From contig JBDNJO010000034.1 of the NCBI GenBank assembly GCA_041687715.1, positions 1-52,866 of the forward strand: 52,866 bases of DNA, in the 5' to 3' direction. Below, in pieces: positions 21,198 through 30,197 of the stretch. Numbering within the stretch: position 1 is the stretch's first letter; each line of letters starts with the position of its first letter. The notes under the pieces are model-generated. The model was given only the letters and a program-made list of their open reading frames with translations, was not told the origin of the DNA and did no database searches. This stretch comes from Candidatus Nanopelagicales bacterium. GTDB taxonomy: Bacteria; Actinomycetota; Actinomycetes; S36-B12; UBA5976. The translations under genes were made by a program, and so were the position numbers.

Positions 21198-21204
21198 TTT
21201 GAAA

Positions 21205-21567
21205 TTAATCTAGATCTATGCCAACACCATGCATTTGACGAGAGCGACGAACTCCCATTGCTGGCTTCGCACCCTCTCGTTCCGTTCCTTTTGGCTCTGG
21301 AACATAAGTAGCACCGGTAACGATGCCCTCAGCCATTGTGTAAAGCAGCGGCAAAGCGCCGGCAACAATTCCACCAGTTGAGTTGATCTGGGTTAGGCCG
21401 CCGTGAATAACTTCAGCGTCCTTCTTGATTTCCCAAACTAGATCAGCAGCTTCTTCCAAGGTGCCAGCAACTTTTGTAAGTTGACGGCCAACGATGAATA
21501 AGTAAACAGCTAGACCTGCAATAAGTGCTACTACGTCAATAACTGACCACAATGCTAATGAGCTCAT
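21205..21567 (-). CDS. Small single-TM + coiled-coil protein 5 of the cox operon (120 aa)
   Basis: N-terminal hydrophobic helix, then heptad-like LTKVAGTLEEAADLVWEIKKDAEVI; ATGA overlap with the upstream gene. Confidence 0.8.
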   Translation of the reverse strand: MSSLALWSVIDVVALIAGLAVYLFIVGRQLTKVAGTLEEAADLVWEIKKDAEVIHGGLTQINSTGGIVAGALPLLYTMAEGIVTGATYVPEPKGTEREGAKPAMGVRRSRQMHGVGIDLD

Positions 21568-21839
21568 GAGCGCACCTTCTCTAGGACGCGGCCTAAGAAC
21601 AAGTGATGCTCTAGGCCTTCATTTAATACAGCGTCCACGCCAGCAGCAGTTAAGCCGATAAGCGCAGTGTTTGAAGTGTTGTCCTTGGCTGCTGCCAAAG
21701 TTGCTTTGATGGCGGCAACGCGCTTATCAATAGTGCGAACCAAAAGCACCAAGATTGTTAGAAGCGCAGCTACTGCAACGACTACAACAATGCCAAGGAT
21801 GTTTGCAACGGTCCACAATGTTTCTACTGTGCTATCCAT
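21564..21839 (-). CDS. Small single-TM + coiled-coil protein 4 of the cox operon (91 aa)
   Basis: TM helix, then VRTIDKRVAAIKATLAAAKDNTS; GGAGG RBS. Confidence 0.8.
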   Translation of the reverse strand: MDSTVETLWTVANILGIVVVVAVAALLTILVLLVRTIDKRVAAIKATLAAAKDNTSNTALIGLTAAGVDAVLNEGLEHHLFLGRVLEKVRS

Positions 21840-21841
21840 TT

Positions 21842-22102
21842 TCAGCCTCCAAGCTTAGTGCGACCACGATTTAGACCAGCAACGATGTTTGTTGCTGATT
21901 CAATTGTGATGCGTAGTTTTTTAAGACCAGCAGTGTTTGTTTCTGCGGCCTGTAATCCTTTATTGATTCGCTTTGCCTGGCCGCCGATGCGTCCTGCCAA
22001 AAGCAGAATTGGCACAACTAATGCGACGACAACTAGTACAACGACTAGGCCGATTACATATCCAAGTAGCCAACCTGTGTGGGTACCGAAGAAATCACTC
22101 AT
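21842..22102 (-). CDS. Small single-TM + coiled-coil protein 3 of the cox operon (86 aa)
   Basis: TM helix, then AGRIGGQAKRINKGLQAAETNTAGL; AGGGG RBS. Confidence 0.8.
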   Translation of the reverse strand: MSDFFGTHTGWLLGYVIGLVVVLVVVALVVPILLLAGRIGGQAKRINKGLQAAETNTAGLKKLRITIESATNIVAGLNRGRTKLGG

Positions 22103-22110
22103 AGCTACCC

Positions 22111-22338
22111 CTAAATCGATTCTGCGAAGTTACGCACTGGAGCCAAGCTGGCATTTACTGAATCAACTGTGCTTGTCACAGTTGATGTTTGCGCAACGAT
22201 TACTGCAACTCCGCCATCAAGTGCGTCCAGTGTCTTAACTACTGCACGCAAGTGAAGAATAACGCGGATTAAGCCAAGTGCGGCTGCGGCGATGATGATC
22301 GTAAAGATCACTAATGAGACTACAAATACGGTTTCCAT
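22111..22338 (-). CDS. Small single-TM + coiled-coil protein 2 of the cox operon (75 aa)
   Basis: TM helix, then LRAVVKTLDALDGGVAVIVAQTSTV; AAGGGG RBS. Confidence 0.8.
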   Translation of the reverse strand: METVFVVSLVIFTIIIAAAALGLIRVILHLRAVVKTLDALDGGVAVIVAQTSTVTSTVDSVNASLAPVRNFAESI

Positions 22339-22348
22339 TGTTATCCCC

Positions 22349-22603
22349 TTATCCCAATAACTTTGCTACTGAACCGGCGTAACGTACTGCGCCGTTGGCA
22401 ACATCTTTGATGGTTGCATCTGTGGTTTCCAGCAGCGCAGGTGTGGTGCCAAGTTCGCCAATTAGAGCAACGCCCCCAGCTAATGCATCATCTGCTGCGC
22501 CGCGGATACGTTCCAATGCGCTAAGCACCATGTTTAGTAACCAAACCAAAACTGGAATGATCACAACAACAAGTGCAATGTTAAAAATTGCCCAAATACT
22601 CAT
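22349..22603 (-). CDS. Small single-TM + coiled-coil protein 1 of the cox operon (84 aa)
   Basis: TM helix, then LERIRGAADDALAGGVALIGEL; AAGGGG RBS; 12 nt after coxG. Confidence 0.8.
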   Translation of the reverse strand: MSIWAIFNIALVVVIIPVLVWLLNMVLSALERIRGAADDALAGGVALIGELGTTPALLETTDATIKDVANGAVRYAGSVAKLLG

Positions 22604-22615
22604 GTCTGCCCCCTT

Positions 22616-23203
22616 CTACCGTCGTGCCAAAGGCTTGTAAGGCATAAAGAAGCGAGCGAGTACTCGACCCGTTGCCCTCTTGAAAGCGTTCACACCAATC
22701 GCTAAACCACTTGCTGCTTTTGCGCCACCAATTGCATTTGGATCCAAGCCCTTAGCGATTGCGTCCATTCGGGCTTCCATGTTTTTAGTCGCTGTGTTTA
22801 CTAACACTGCAGTAACGTCAGCTACCAGGCCACGACCATAGTTTGCAGCCGCGCCAGAGATTACAAGATCCATTGAAAGATCTACTTTGGTGCCACCAGC
22901 AATTTGATTTAGTGAAGCAGTTAGTAGGACTGAAGCTGCGCCTCGGCCTTTTTTATCTGCACCTGATGCGTCAAGAACAAGAATCTTTTTTACGTTGTCC
23001 CGGCTCTTAACTTCTGCCACACCATCAAACTCAAGTTTTACCGGTCCGGCGGAAACAATAACTCCACCTTCGTACCTGTCTTTGGTAATTTCCTTGGACA
23101 GATTAGCTCCTGGAATTGAAGCTGCTACTTGTGGAATGTCATCAAAGAACTTCCACACAGCGTCAATTGGCTGCTTTACTTCAAAGGATTGCGAGATCAG
23201 CAT
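22616..23203 (-). CDS. coxG: CoxG (SRPBCC/START fold)
   Basis: FEVKQPIDAVWKFFDDIPQVAASIPGA, AGPVKLEF.G, GADKKGRGAA, G.AANYGRGLV.DV; directly after coxL; AAGGAGG RBS. Confidence 0.88.
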   Translation of the reverse strand: MLISQSFEVKQPIDAVWKFFDDIPQVAASIPGANLSKEITKDRYEGGVIVSAGPVKLEFDGVAEVKSRDNVKKILVLDASGADKKGRGAASVLLTASLNQIAGGTKVDLSMDLVISGAAANYGRGLVADVTAVLVNTATKNMEARMDAIAKGLDPNAIGGAKAASGLAIGVNAFKRATGRVLARFFMPYKPLARR

Positions 23204-23246
23204 TATGCCTCCTTAAGGCCCGAGTTTGGACTAACAGAATTCACTA

Positions 23247-25628
23247 TTAGTCGCCCATTTTTACTGGCGGCATTCCGCTGATGTCTTTACCGGTCATAAG
23301 AGCTTCGTATACCCGGTTAGGCATCATTGGCATGTCGATGTTACGAACACCGGTGTGACCAACGGCGTCAATTACAGCGTTCACGAATGCAGCAGGTCCG
23401 GCAACGGTTGCACATTCGCCAACACCCTTGGCACCAATTGGGTGGTGTGGGCAAGGTGTTACAACTTCATGCAACTCAAAGCCTGGAGTTTCCCAAGCTG
23501 TTGGTAGCAAGTAGTCCATGTAGTTTGCGCCGATGCAGTTACCTTCTTCATCGTAAGTTTGGTACTGCATGCTGGCCATTGCGTATGCCTCGGTGAGTCC
23601 ACCCATGATTTGTCCTTCGACAACCATTGGGTTAATGCGGACACCACAGTCATCAACTGCAACAACCTTTAGAACATCCCAAACGCCTGTTTCAGCATCT
23701 ACTTCAACCTTTACGAAGTAGGCAGCGAACGGCCAAGTTAAGTTCGGTGGATCGTAGTAAGCGTTGTTCTCTAAGCCGGGCTCCATGCCATCTGGCATGT
23801 TGCTGTAGGCCGCCATTGCGCAATCCTGAATCGTTACGCCACGCTCTTTGTTTGAACGAACATAGAACCGACCCAACTCCCACTCAATATCTTCTTCAGA
23901 TACCTCAAGTAAGTGAGCTGCAATCTTGCGAGCCTTGGCACGAATCTTACGCGAAACCATCGCAACTGCAGCGCCAGCAACTGGAGTACTACGTGATGCG
24001 TAGGTTCCCATGCCAAACGGCGCAGTGTCGGTATCGCCTTCTTCAACAGTTACGTCATCAGCTGGAATACCTAGCTCATGCGCAACAATTTGTGCCCAAG
24101 TGGTCTGGTGACCCTGACCCTGGTTCATGGCGCCGGTGCGCAAGATTGCCTTACCGGACATGTGAACGCGAAGTTCAGCTGAGTCAAACATCTTGATACC
24201 CAAGATGTCGTACTCACGGCTATTTCCTGCGCCAAGTGGCTCAGTCATAGTCGAGATACCAATACCGATTAACTTGCCACGCTTGCGCGCTTCAAGCTGC
24301 TCTGCTTTGTAGCCGTCATATCCAATTGCCTTCAAACCAATGTCAAGGCACTTTCCGTACTGACCCGAGTCGGTTAAGAAACCGAAGGCAGTGCGGTAAG
24401 GGAACATGTCATCCTGCACCAAGTTCATGCGACGGAATTCTGCTTGATCCATTCCTAGATCGTTAGCTGCTGCGTGAACCATGCGCTCCTGGAAGAACAT
24501 CGCCTCAGTTACGCGGAAGGAACAGCGGTAAGCAACGCCACCTGGAGCCTTGTTGGTGTAATAACCAACGGACTCAAGGTGGGCAGTTGGAATGTCGTAG
24601 CAAGCAAATGTTGAGTGCATCAGACCAATTTTGAACTTACTTGGCTGGGCATCTGCATAGAAAGCGCCGTGATCAGAGATCGTCTTCATGCGCATTCCAA
24701 GCATCTTGCCGTCCTTACGAAGCGCCAATTCACCTTGCAAGTAAACATCGCGGCCAAAGCCAGTTGAAATCAAGTTGCCAGTCTTATCTTCAATCCACTT
24801 AACCGGGCGTTCAGTCAAAATCGAAGCAAGAATTGAAACTACGTAACCTGGGTAGATCGGCACCTTGTTACCAAAGCCACCACCAAGGTCAGGTGAAACA
24901 ATACGGATCATGTGTTCTGGAAGTTCCGCAACCATGGCTACAGCTGCGCGCACGATGTGCGGAGCCTGCGAAGTCATGTAAACCGTTAACTTGCCTGTTG
25001 CGCGATCGTAATCGGCAATCGAACCACAAGTTTCCATTGGAGATGGATGAGAACGTGGGTAGTGAAGTTCCATCTTTGAAATAACATCAGCTTCAGCGAA
25101 TGCCTTATCTGTTGCAGCCTTGTCGCCGATTTCCCAATCGAAAACCTTGTTGCCTGGCTGATTCTCTTTGTCGTCACGAATGATTACAGCATCTGCTGAC
25201 ATTGCCTGCATTGGATTTACGATTGCTGGAAGTTGTTCGTATTCAACAACGATTGCTTCACATGCATCTTTTGCAATGTAAGGATCATCAGCAATAACAG
25301 CAGCAACTTCTTGTCCCTGGAAACGCACTTTGTCAGTTGCAAGCACTGCCTGGGTGTCGTAGGAAAGAGTTGGCATCCATGCCAAGTTACGAGCTGCCAT
25401 CATTTCGCCAGTTAAAACTAAGCGAACACCAGGAATGTCGTATGCCTTGCTGACATCAATTGACTTGATGCGAGCGTGAGCTACTGGGCTACGAAGGATT
25501 TCCATGTGCAGCATGCCAGGTAAAACGATGTCATCAACATAGTTACCCTTGCCACGAATGAAACGGTTGTCTTCTACGCGGCGGCGACTTGCGCCAAGTC
25601 CGCCAATTTTAATTTCGTCTAATGCCAT
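23247..25628 (-). CDS. coxL: Aerobic CO dehydrogenase large subunit, form I
   Basis: Form I active-site loop GGVAYRCSFRVTEA; EDNRFIRGKGNYVDDI, GGGFGNKVPIYPGYV, GAKGVGE. Confidence 0.95.
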   Translation of the reverse strand: MALDEIKIGGLGASRRRVEDNRFIRGKGNYVDDIVLPGMLHMEILRSPVAHARIKSIDVSKAYDIPGVRLVLTGEMMAARNLAWMPTLSYDTQAVLATDKVRFQGQEVAAVIADDPYIAKDACEAIVVEYEQLPAIVNPMQAMSADAVIIRDDKENQPGNKVFDWEIGDKAATDKAFAEADVISKMELHYPRSHPSPMETCGSIADYDRATGKLTVYMTSQAPHIVRAAVAMVAELPEHMIRIVSPDLGGGFGNKVPIYPGYVVSILASILTERPVKWIEDKTGNLISTGFGRDVYLQGELALRKDGKMLGMRMKTISDHGAFYADAQPSKFKIGLMHSTFACYDIPTAHLESVGYYTNKAPGGVAYRCSFRVTEAMFFQERMVHAAANDLGMDQAEFRRMNLVQDDMFPYRTAFGFLTDSGQYGKCLDIGLKAIGYDGYKAEQLEARKRGKLIGIGISTMTEPLGAGNSREYDILGIKMFDSAELRVHMSGKAILRTGAMNQGQGHQTTWAQIVAHELGIPADDVTVEEGDTDTAPFGMGTYASRSTPVAGAAVAMVSRKIRAKARKIAAHLLEVSEEDIEWELGRFYVRSNKERGVTIQDCAMAAYSNMPDGMEPGLENNAYYDPPNLTWPFAAYFVKVEVDAETGVWDVLKVVAVDDCGVRINPMVVEGQIMGGLTEAYAMASMQYQTYDEEGNCIGANYMDYLLPTAWETPGFELHEVVTPCPHHPIGAKGVGECATVAGPAAFVNAVIDAVGHTGVRNIDMPMMPNRVYEALMTGKDISGMPPVKMGD

Positions 25629-25643
25629 GTCTAAAACTCCAAC

Positions 25644-26171
25644 CTAGTTTGATTCTGCGCGCATTTTTTTTGCGGCCCAGAGAACTGACTTCACGATATT
25701 TTGGTAACCGGTGCAGCGACATAAATTGCCGGAAAGTGCCCAGCGAATTTCATCTTCTGTTGGGTCGTTGTTCTGATCTAGCAGTGCCTTTGCAGCCAGC
25801 ATCATGCCTGGTGTGCAAAAACCACAATGTAAACCGTGCTCTTCTTTGAAGCCTTCTTGAATCGGGTGAAGTTCACTTGCAGTTGCAAGACCTTCAACTG
25901 TTTCCAAGCTGTGACCATCTGCCTGAACTGCCAGCATGGTGCAACTCTTAATTGGGCGACCGTCAAAGAGAATGACACAGGCACCACAGTTACTGCTGTC
26001 GCAGCCGGAGTGAGTGCCGGTCAGCTTTAGGCCTTGGCGTAATAAGTGTGCAAGAAGTAAGCGAGGCTCAACATCTACAGTGCGATCATCGCCGTTGACC
26101 TTGATGGTCACACGGCGAGTTGCAACGCCAGGGGCCGGTGCTGCTTGTACTTCGTCATAAAGACTGGTCAT
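25644..26171 (-). CDS. coxS: CO dehydrogenase small (2x[2Fe-2S]) subunit
   Basis: [10 protein letters not shown]...[22 protein letters not shown]. Confidence 0.93.
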   Translation of the reverse strand: MTSLYDEVQAAPAPGVATRRVTIKVNGDDRTVDVEPRLLLAHLLRQGLKLTGTHSGCDSSNCGACVILFDGRPIKSCTMLAVQADGHSLETVEGLATASELHPIQEGFKEEHGLHCGFCTPGMMLAAKALLDQNNDPTEDEIRWALSGNLCRCTGYQNIVKSVLWAAKKMRAESN

Positions 26172-26173
26172 TT

Positions 26174-27049
26174 TCAGGCTGCTTTCTGTGATGTGTTTGC
26201 AAGTCCAGTAAGGATTCGGGAAACAAATACTTTAACGATCTGACGCTTGTAGTCCGATGATCCGCGATGATCAGTGCGAGGTTCAGCTGTCGCTGCAACT
26301 GCCGCTGCAACTTCGGCAATTAACTCAGGTGTGATCTTTTTGCCAACAAGTGACTGCGCAGCTTCTGATGCATCGATAGTGCGTCCGCCAACACTGGCTA
26401 GCGCAATACCGGCGCCAACAACAGTTTCGCCATTCATTTCTAGTGAAACTGCAACCGATGCGGTTGCGAAATCGCCAACACGGCGCTCAAGCTTTAGGTA
26501 GCTTCCTACGCGAACACCCTTAGGCGCTGGAATAACTGCCTCAATAGCAATTTCGTTAAACGCAAGTGTGTTTTGGAACGGCCCAATAACAAAATCTTTC
26601 ATTGAGATTTCGCGAGTTCCCTTTGGACCTTGCGCAACAATGTGACCGCCCATTGCAGTCATGGTTGCTGACCAGTCTCCTTGTGGATCTGCGTGGCAAA
26701 CCGAACCAACAAAAGTTCCGCGGGTGCGCACGATTGGATCTGAAACAAGCGGCGCAGCTGCAGCGATTGTTGGTGCATGCTCTTCCATGATTGCGCAGTT
26801 TTCAAGTTCTTCATGTCGGCAAAGTGCGCCGATGTGAATGCTGCCATCTGGATCAACTCGGTGGTAGTTGAGTCCCTCAATGCCGTTGATATCAACTAAC
26901 ATCTCCGGCGCAGAGAAACGAAGCTTGATCATCGGGATCAGGCTTTGACCACCGGATAGAACTTTGGCTTCGCCCGCATGAGCATCAAGAAGGGCGATTG
27001 CCTCTTCAATAGTTTTTGGGGATTCATATCCAAATCTGGAGGGATACAT
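26174..27049 (-). CDS. coxM: CO dehydrogenase medium (FAD) subunit
   Basis: [52 protein letters not shown]; M-S-L gene order. Confidence 0.93.
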   Translation of the reverse strand: MYPSRFGYESPKTIEEAIALLDAHAGEAKVLSGGQSLIPMIKLRFSAPEMLVDINGIEGLNYHRVDPDGSIHIGALCRHEELENCAIMEEHAPTIAAAAPLVSDPIVRTRGTFVGSVCHADPQGDWSATMTAMGGHIVAQGPKGTREISMKDFVIGPFQNTLAFNEIAIEAVIPAPKGVRVGSYLKLERRVGDFATASVAVSLEMNGETVVGAGIALASVGGRTIDASEAAQSLVGKKITPELIAEVAAAVAATAEPRTDHRGSSDYKRQIVKVFVSRILTGLANTSQKAA

Positions 27050-27106
27050 TTATTTCCTTTCGGTGGCTGTGTATTTTAAGTTAAATCGATTAATTACTTG
27101 CGCGAG

Positions 27107-27334
27107 TTACTGGTTGTCGCGGACTGCAACAGGAAGGTCGTTAGCATCTGGATCTGGCCGTTGCTCTTGAGTCGGAGGCCATGGACCTTGAACTGGTTGA
27201 CCGGAAACTTTTAAGAACTCAACCATCTGCGGCCAAGCCCAAATTGTTGGACTCTTGCCAGTCTTTGGGGTGTTTTCAAACAACGAGTACATGCGTGGGT
27301 TGCCACGTTCTTCGCCAGTGGACTCAACTGCCAT
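27107..27334 (-). CDS. Small Pro-rich hypothetical protein (75 aa) upstream of coxM
   Basis: GAGGGAG RBS; same strand as coxM and 57 nt from it. Confidence 0.65.
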   Translation of the reverse strand: MAVESTGEERGNPRMYSLFENTPKTGKSPTIWAWPQMVEFLKVSGQPVQGPWPPTQEQRPDPDANDLPVAVRDNQ

Positions 27335-27421
27335 TTAACTCTCCCTCGTATTTTTCTTAAAGGTTCGACCATGGAATGATTGAACCTAACATTATTAACA
27401 ATAAGTTATACACAAAACGCC

Positions 27422-27442
27422 AAAGTGCAGTTTTAGCACTTT
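27422..27442. promoter_or_regulatory. Inverted repeat upstream of the cox operon (operator or weak terminator)
   Basis: AAAGTGC-N7-GCACTTT perfect 7-bp arms. Confidence 0.35.
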
Positions 27443-27482
27443 TAACTGAAAATCAAGAAATTGCTGATTTCAGGGACTTGAA

Positions 27483-28376
27483 TCAGTTTTGCTTTAAAAC
27501 CTGAATGATTTCAGCAATTACCGAAACTGCGATTTCCGCTGGAGTGCTTGCCGAAATCTTTAGGCCAGCTGGTCCATGTACGCGGGATAAATCAGTTACT
27601 TCCTGGTAAGCCAGCCAGTCAGCGCGATCTTGCTGCATTTTGGCTGAGCCCAGTGCTCCGATGTAGCCAGCATTGCCTTCAATTGCAGCGCCCAAGTTTC
27701 GGCTGGAAATTTCTACTTCGTGCCCCATGATTACTGCAGCATCAAGTGGCGACAGCGAAGCTAAAAGGCCAATTGCTTGGTCGTTTCGCATAACTACTGA
27801 GACATTCCACCCAAGTGTTTTACCGAGAGCGGCAATAGCTTCAGCTTTTGGACCTTGGCCGGCAACAACGAGTCTGGTGACTGGGAATAGTACTGAGATA
27901 ACTCGATCTGGGTGGACTTGAAAATCTGTAACACCTCTGGCAAATAATTCAGCAGTTTCAGGGTCTGCTGTTGAAATTGAGCTTTCGTCGAATACATCAA
28001 CTCGAGTTACCTCATCACTGCTCAGGTGGGCAACTACTGCAATCGGCACCCGATCGATCATGGCTGGCCAAGTATCGGGGTCGAAGTTATCCGCTGGGAC
28101 TATTAAGAACTGGGCGTTTGTTCCAACAGGGATACCAGAGATGGTGGATTCGAATTCATTAACAGGTACATCCAGCAATCGGCCAGTTGGCAGTTTGCGA
28201 TTTGAGTAATCTGACATCACACCGTCGAAGGCGCCCTCAAAGATTTTTCCGATGCGTCCCCCGCCTGGAGTCAGCGCTAAGGCATGAACTCCTAAATTGG
28301 GCGAAACTAACCAAGCAATTTCAGCTCTAGTTTTGGAACGAACACAAGCATTTACACTGAGCGCAATGTCATACAT
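27483..28376 (-). CDS. XdhC/CoxF/CoxI family Mo-cofactor insertion protein
   Basis: RLVVAGQG, AVIMGHE, AGYIGALGS, RVHGPAGLKISASTPAEIAVSVIAEI. Confidence 0.85.
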   Translation of the reverse strand: MYDIALSVNACVRSKTRAEIAWLVSPNLGVHALALTPGGGRIGKIFEGAFDGVMSDYSNRKLPTGRLLDVPVNEFESTISGIPVGTNAQFLIVPADNFDPDTWPAMIDRVPIAVVAHLSSDEVTRVDVFDESSISTADPETAELFARGVTDFQVHPDRVISVLFPVTRLVVAGQGPKAEAIAALGKTLGWNVSVVMRNDQAIGLLASLSPLDAAVIMGHEVEISSRNLGAAIEGNAGYIGALGSAKMQQDRADWLAYQEVTDLSRVHGPAGLKISASTPAEIAVSVIAEIIQVLKQN

Positions 28377-28421
28377 AACTAAATCTTAAGGTGATTCGCT
28401 CACTCGTACATATCGGTATTA

Positions 28422-29630
28422 CTAATGTGCCGAATTTAGTGCCTGATCAAAATCAGCAATCAAATCCTGCGCCGATTCCAGTCCGACGGAAATGCGTAAA
28501 ATTCCTTGTCCTGGCTTAGCCTCTGATGCAACTGGCCGATGCGTTAAACTCGCTGGATGTTGAATTAGTGTGTCAGTACTGCCAAGTGAAACTGCGTGTG
28601 TTGCAATTTTAAGGTTGCGGCATAAATTCTGTGCAACTATAAAGTCTCCATGAAGATCAATGCTTATCATTGCACCCGGACCAAGCATTTGCGTGCCAAT
28701 TAAACCTTTTGGATCAGAGTCATCCAAACCGGGAAAGTAAACTTTCAAGATCTTTGGTTGCCCAGAAAACCAGTGAACCAATTCCATCGCAGTACTTTGA
28801 GCAGCTAAAACTCTAAGTGCCAAAGTTGGCAATCCTCTATGGAGTAACACTGCAGATTGTGGATCAAGTAGTGCTCCTGTTATCGCTCTGAGTTGACGCA
28901 ACTCAACTGCGCGCTCTGCGGTTGTGACAACGATGCCGCCCATTGCATCGCCATGTCCACCAATATATTTAGTTGCGCTATGCACCACATAGGTGACATC
29001 AAATTCCAATGGTTGTTGCAATACTGGTGTAGCAAAAGTGTTATCGACCATAACGGGAACCTTGCCGGACTGAGCGACGATGTCTCGTAAGTCTAAAAGT
29101 TGAAGAGTTGGATTTGCCGGAGTCTCGACTACCACCAATCCAGTTTCTGCAGTAATTGCATCACCAACCTGATCAGCTTCAACGAAACTAACTTTTCCAC
29201 CAAATATTCCACTGGCCAATAAGTGGTCTGTGCCTCCGTAAAGTGGACGAACTGCTACAACATGAGCCTTGCCTGCTTTAACCCTTGAGAGCAGTACTGC
29301 GCTAATTGCAGCCATACCTGTTGCAAATGCGACTGATTCATACTGCGAAATATCTTTATTAACTGCAGCGATACGTTGGGTCTCAAGTTCAGTCATTGCA
29401 TACTCAAGTCTTGCCACTGTCGTATTCCAGAGTCTGCGATATACGGTTGAGGACTGACCAGCAAAAGTGCCACCCGTTGCCATAACTTCATAGGCCTGAC
29501 CGCCAGATTCGATGTCAACTAGTGGCGCTGTCGTAGACATATCGATTGGCGGAGCATGAACCCCGAGCGCCGTGAAGTCTTGTCGACCGGCGTGAACTGC
29601 GAGCGTGGCAAAGGAATATGGCTTAGTCAT
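28422..29630 (-). CDS. PLP-dependent trans-sulfuration family enzyme (methionine gamma-lyase / cystathionine gamma-synthase-like)
   Basis: FATGMAAI, ETPANPT, VDNTFATP, HSATKYIGGHGD, AVSLG, LRISVGLES; start moved to ATG 29630. Confidence 0.85.
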   Translation of the reverse strand: MTKPYSFATLAVHAGRQDFTALGVHAPPIDMSTTAPLVDIESGGQAYEVMATGGTFAGQSSTVYRRLWNTTVARLEYAMTELETQRIAAVNKDISQYESVAFATGMAAISAVLLSRVKAGKAHVVAVRPLYGGTDHLLASGIFGGKVSFVEADQVGDAITAETGLVVVETPANPTLQLLDLRDIVAQSGKVPVMVDNTFATPVLQQPLEFDVTYVVHSATKYIGGHGDAMGGIVVTTAERAVELRQLRAITGALLDPQSAVLLHRGLPTLALRVLAAQSTAMELVHWFSGQPKILKVYFPGLDDSDPKGLIGTQMLGPGAMISIDLHGDFIVAQNLCRNLKIATHAVSLGSTDTLIQHPASLTHRPVASEAKPGQGILRISVGLESAQDLIADFDQALNSAH

Positions 29631-29730
29631 GTTCAGATAATGGCAATTTATTCGTAAATATGATGAATAAACAAAGAAAGTTCGGCAAAATATAAAAATC
29701 AATAGAAAAATTCAAAAAGATGGGCCTGAA

Positions 29731-30189
29731 GTGAGAATATCTGAAAAAAATTTGGTGCTTGATTCTCTTGATGTTGAAGTCATTAATCAACTGGATGCAG
29801 ATTCCAGCATCACTAATTCTCGGCTAGCTGAGAGCGTTGGATTGGCAGCATCAACAACACTTATGCGAGTTCGCAACCTTGTGCAACGCGGCATAATTCG
29901 AAAATTCACCGTTGACGTAGATTACGGTGCTATCGGACTTGGCGTGCAAGCAATCGTATTCCTGTCCCTTCGTCGTCAGGATGAACTCACCATGGCGCCA
30001 ATGATTGAGCGCATTAGTTCAGTTGGAAATGTTGTGCAGATTTTTCACGTTTCTGGAAATGAAGATTTACTTGTTCACGTAGCAGTCTCGAGTTCAGAGA
30101 CCTTGCGCGAATTTATTCAAAAACATTTGACTAGCGATCCAAATGTAAGGAATGCCCAAACACACCTAATTTTTGGTCACACTAGATAA
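29731..30189 (+). CDS. Lrp/AsnC family transcriptional regulator
   Basis: LDSLDVEVINQL...LAESVGLAAST..RVRNL...GII, VSGNEDLL; divergent from the PLP enzyme. Confidence 0.9.
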   Translation: MRISEKNLVLDSLDVEVINQLDADSSITNSRLAESVGLAASTTLMRVRNLVQRGIIRKFTVDVDYGAIGLGVQAIVFLSLRRQDELTMAPMIERISSVGNVVQIFHVSGNEDLLVHVAVSSSETLREFIQKHLTSDPNVRNAQTHLIFGHTR

Positions 30190-30197
30190 CCCTTGAA

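Noticed and set aside
21205-22603. Phage holins, pilins, ATP synthase b subunits or WXG100 proteins
   Set aside because: No phage context, no prepilin cleavage motif, no atp genes, no central WxG; the genes are co-oriented and packed inside the cox operon
23247-27049. Xanthine dehydrogenase or form II CoxL interpretation
   Set aside because: Motif is AYRCSFR (not AYRGAGR) and gene order is M-S-L
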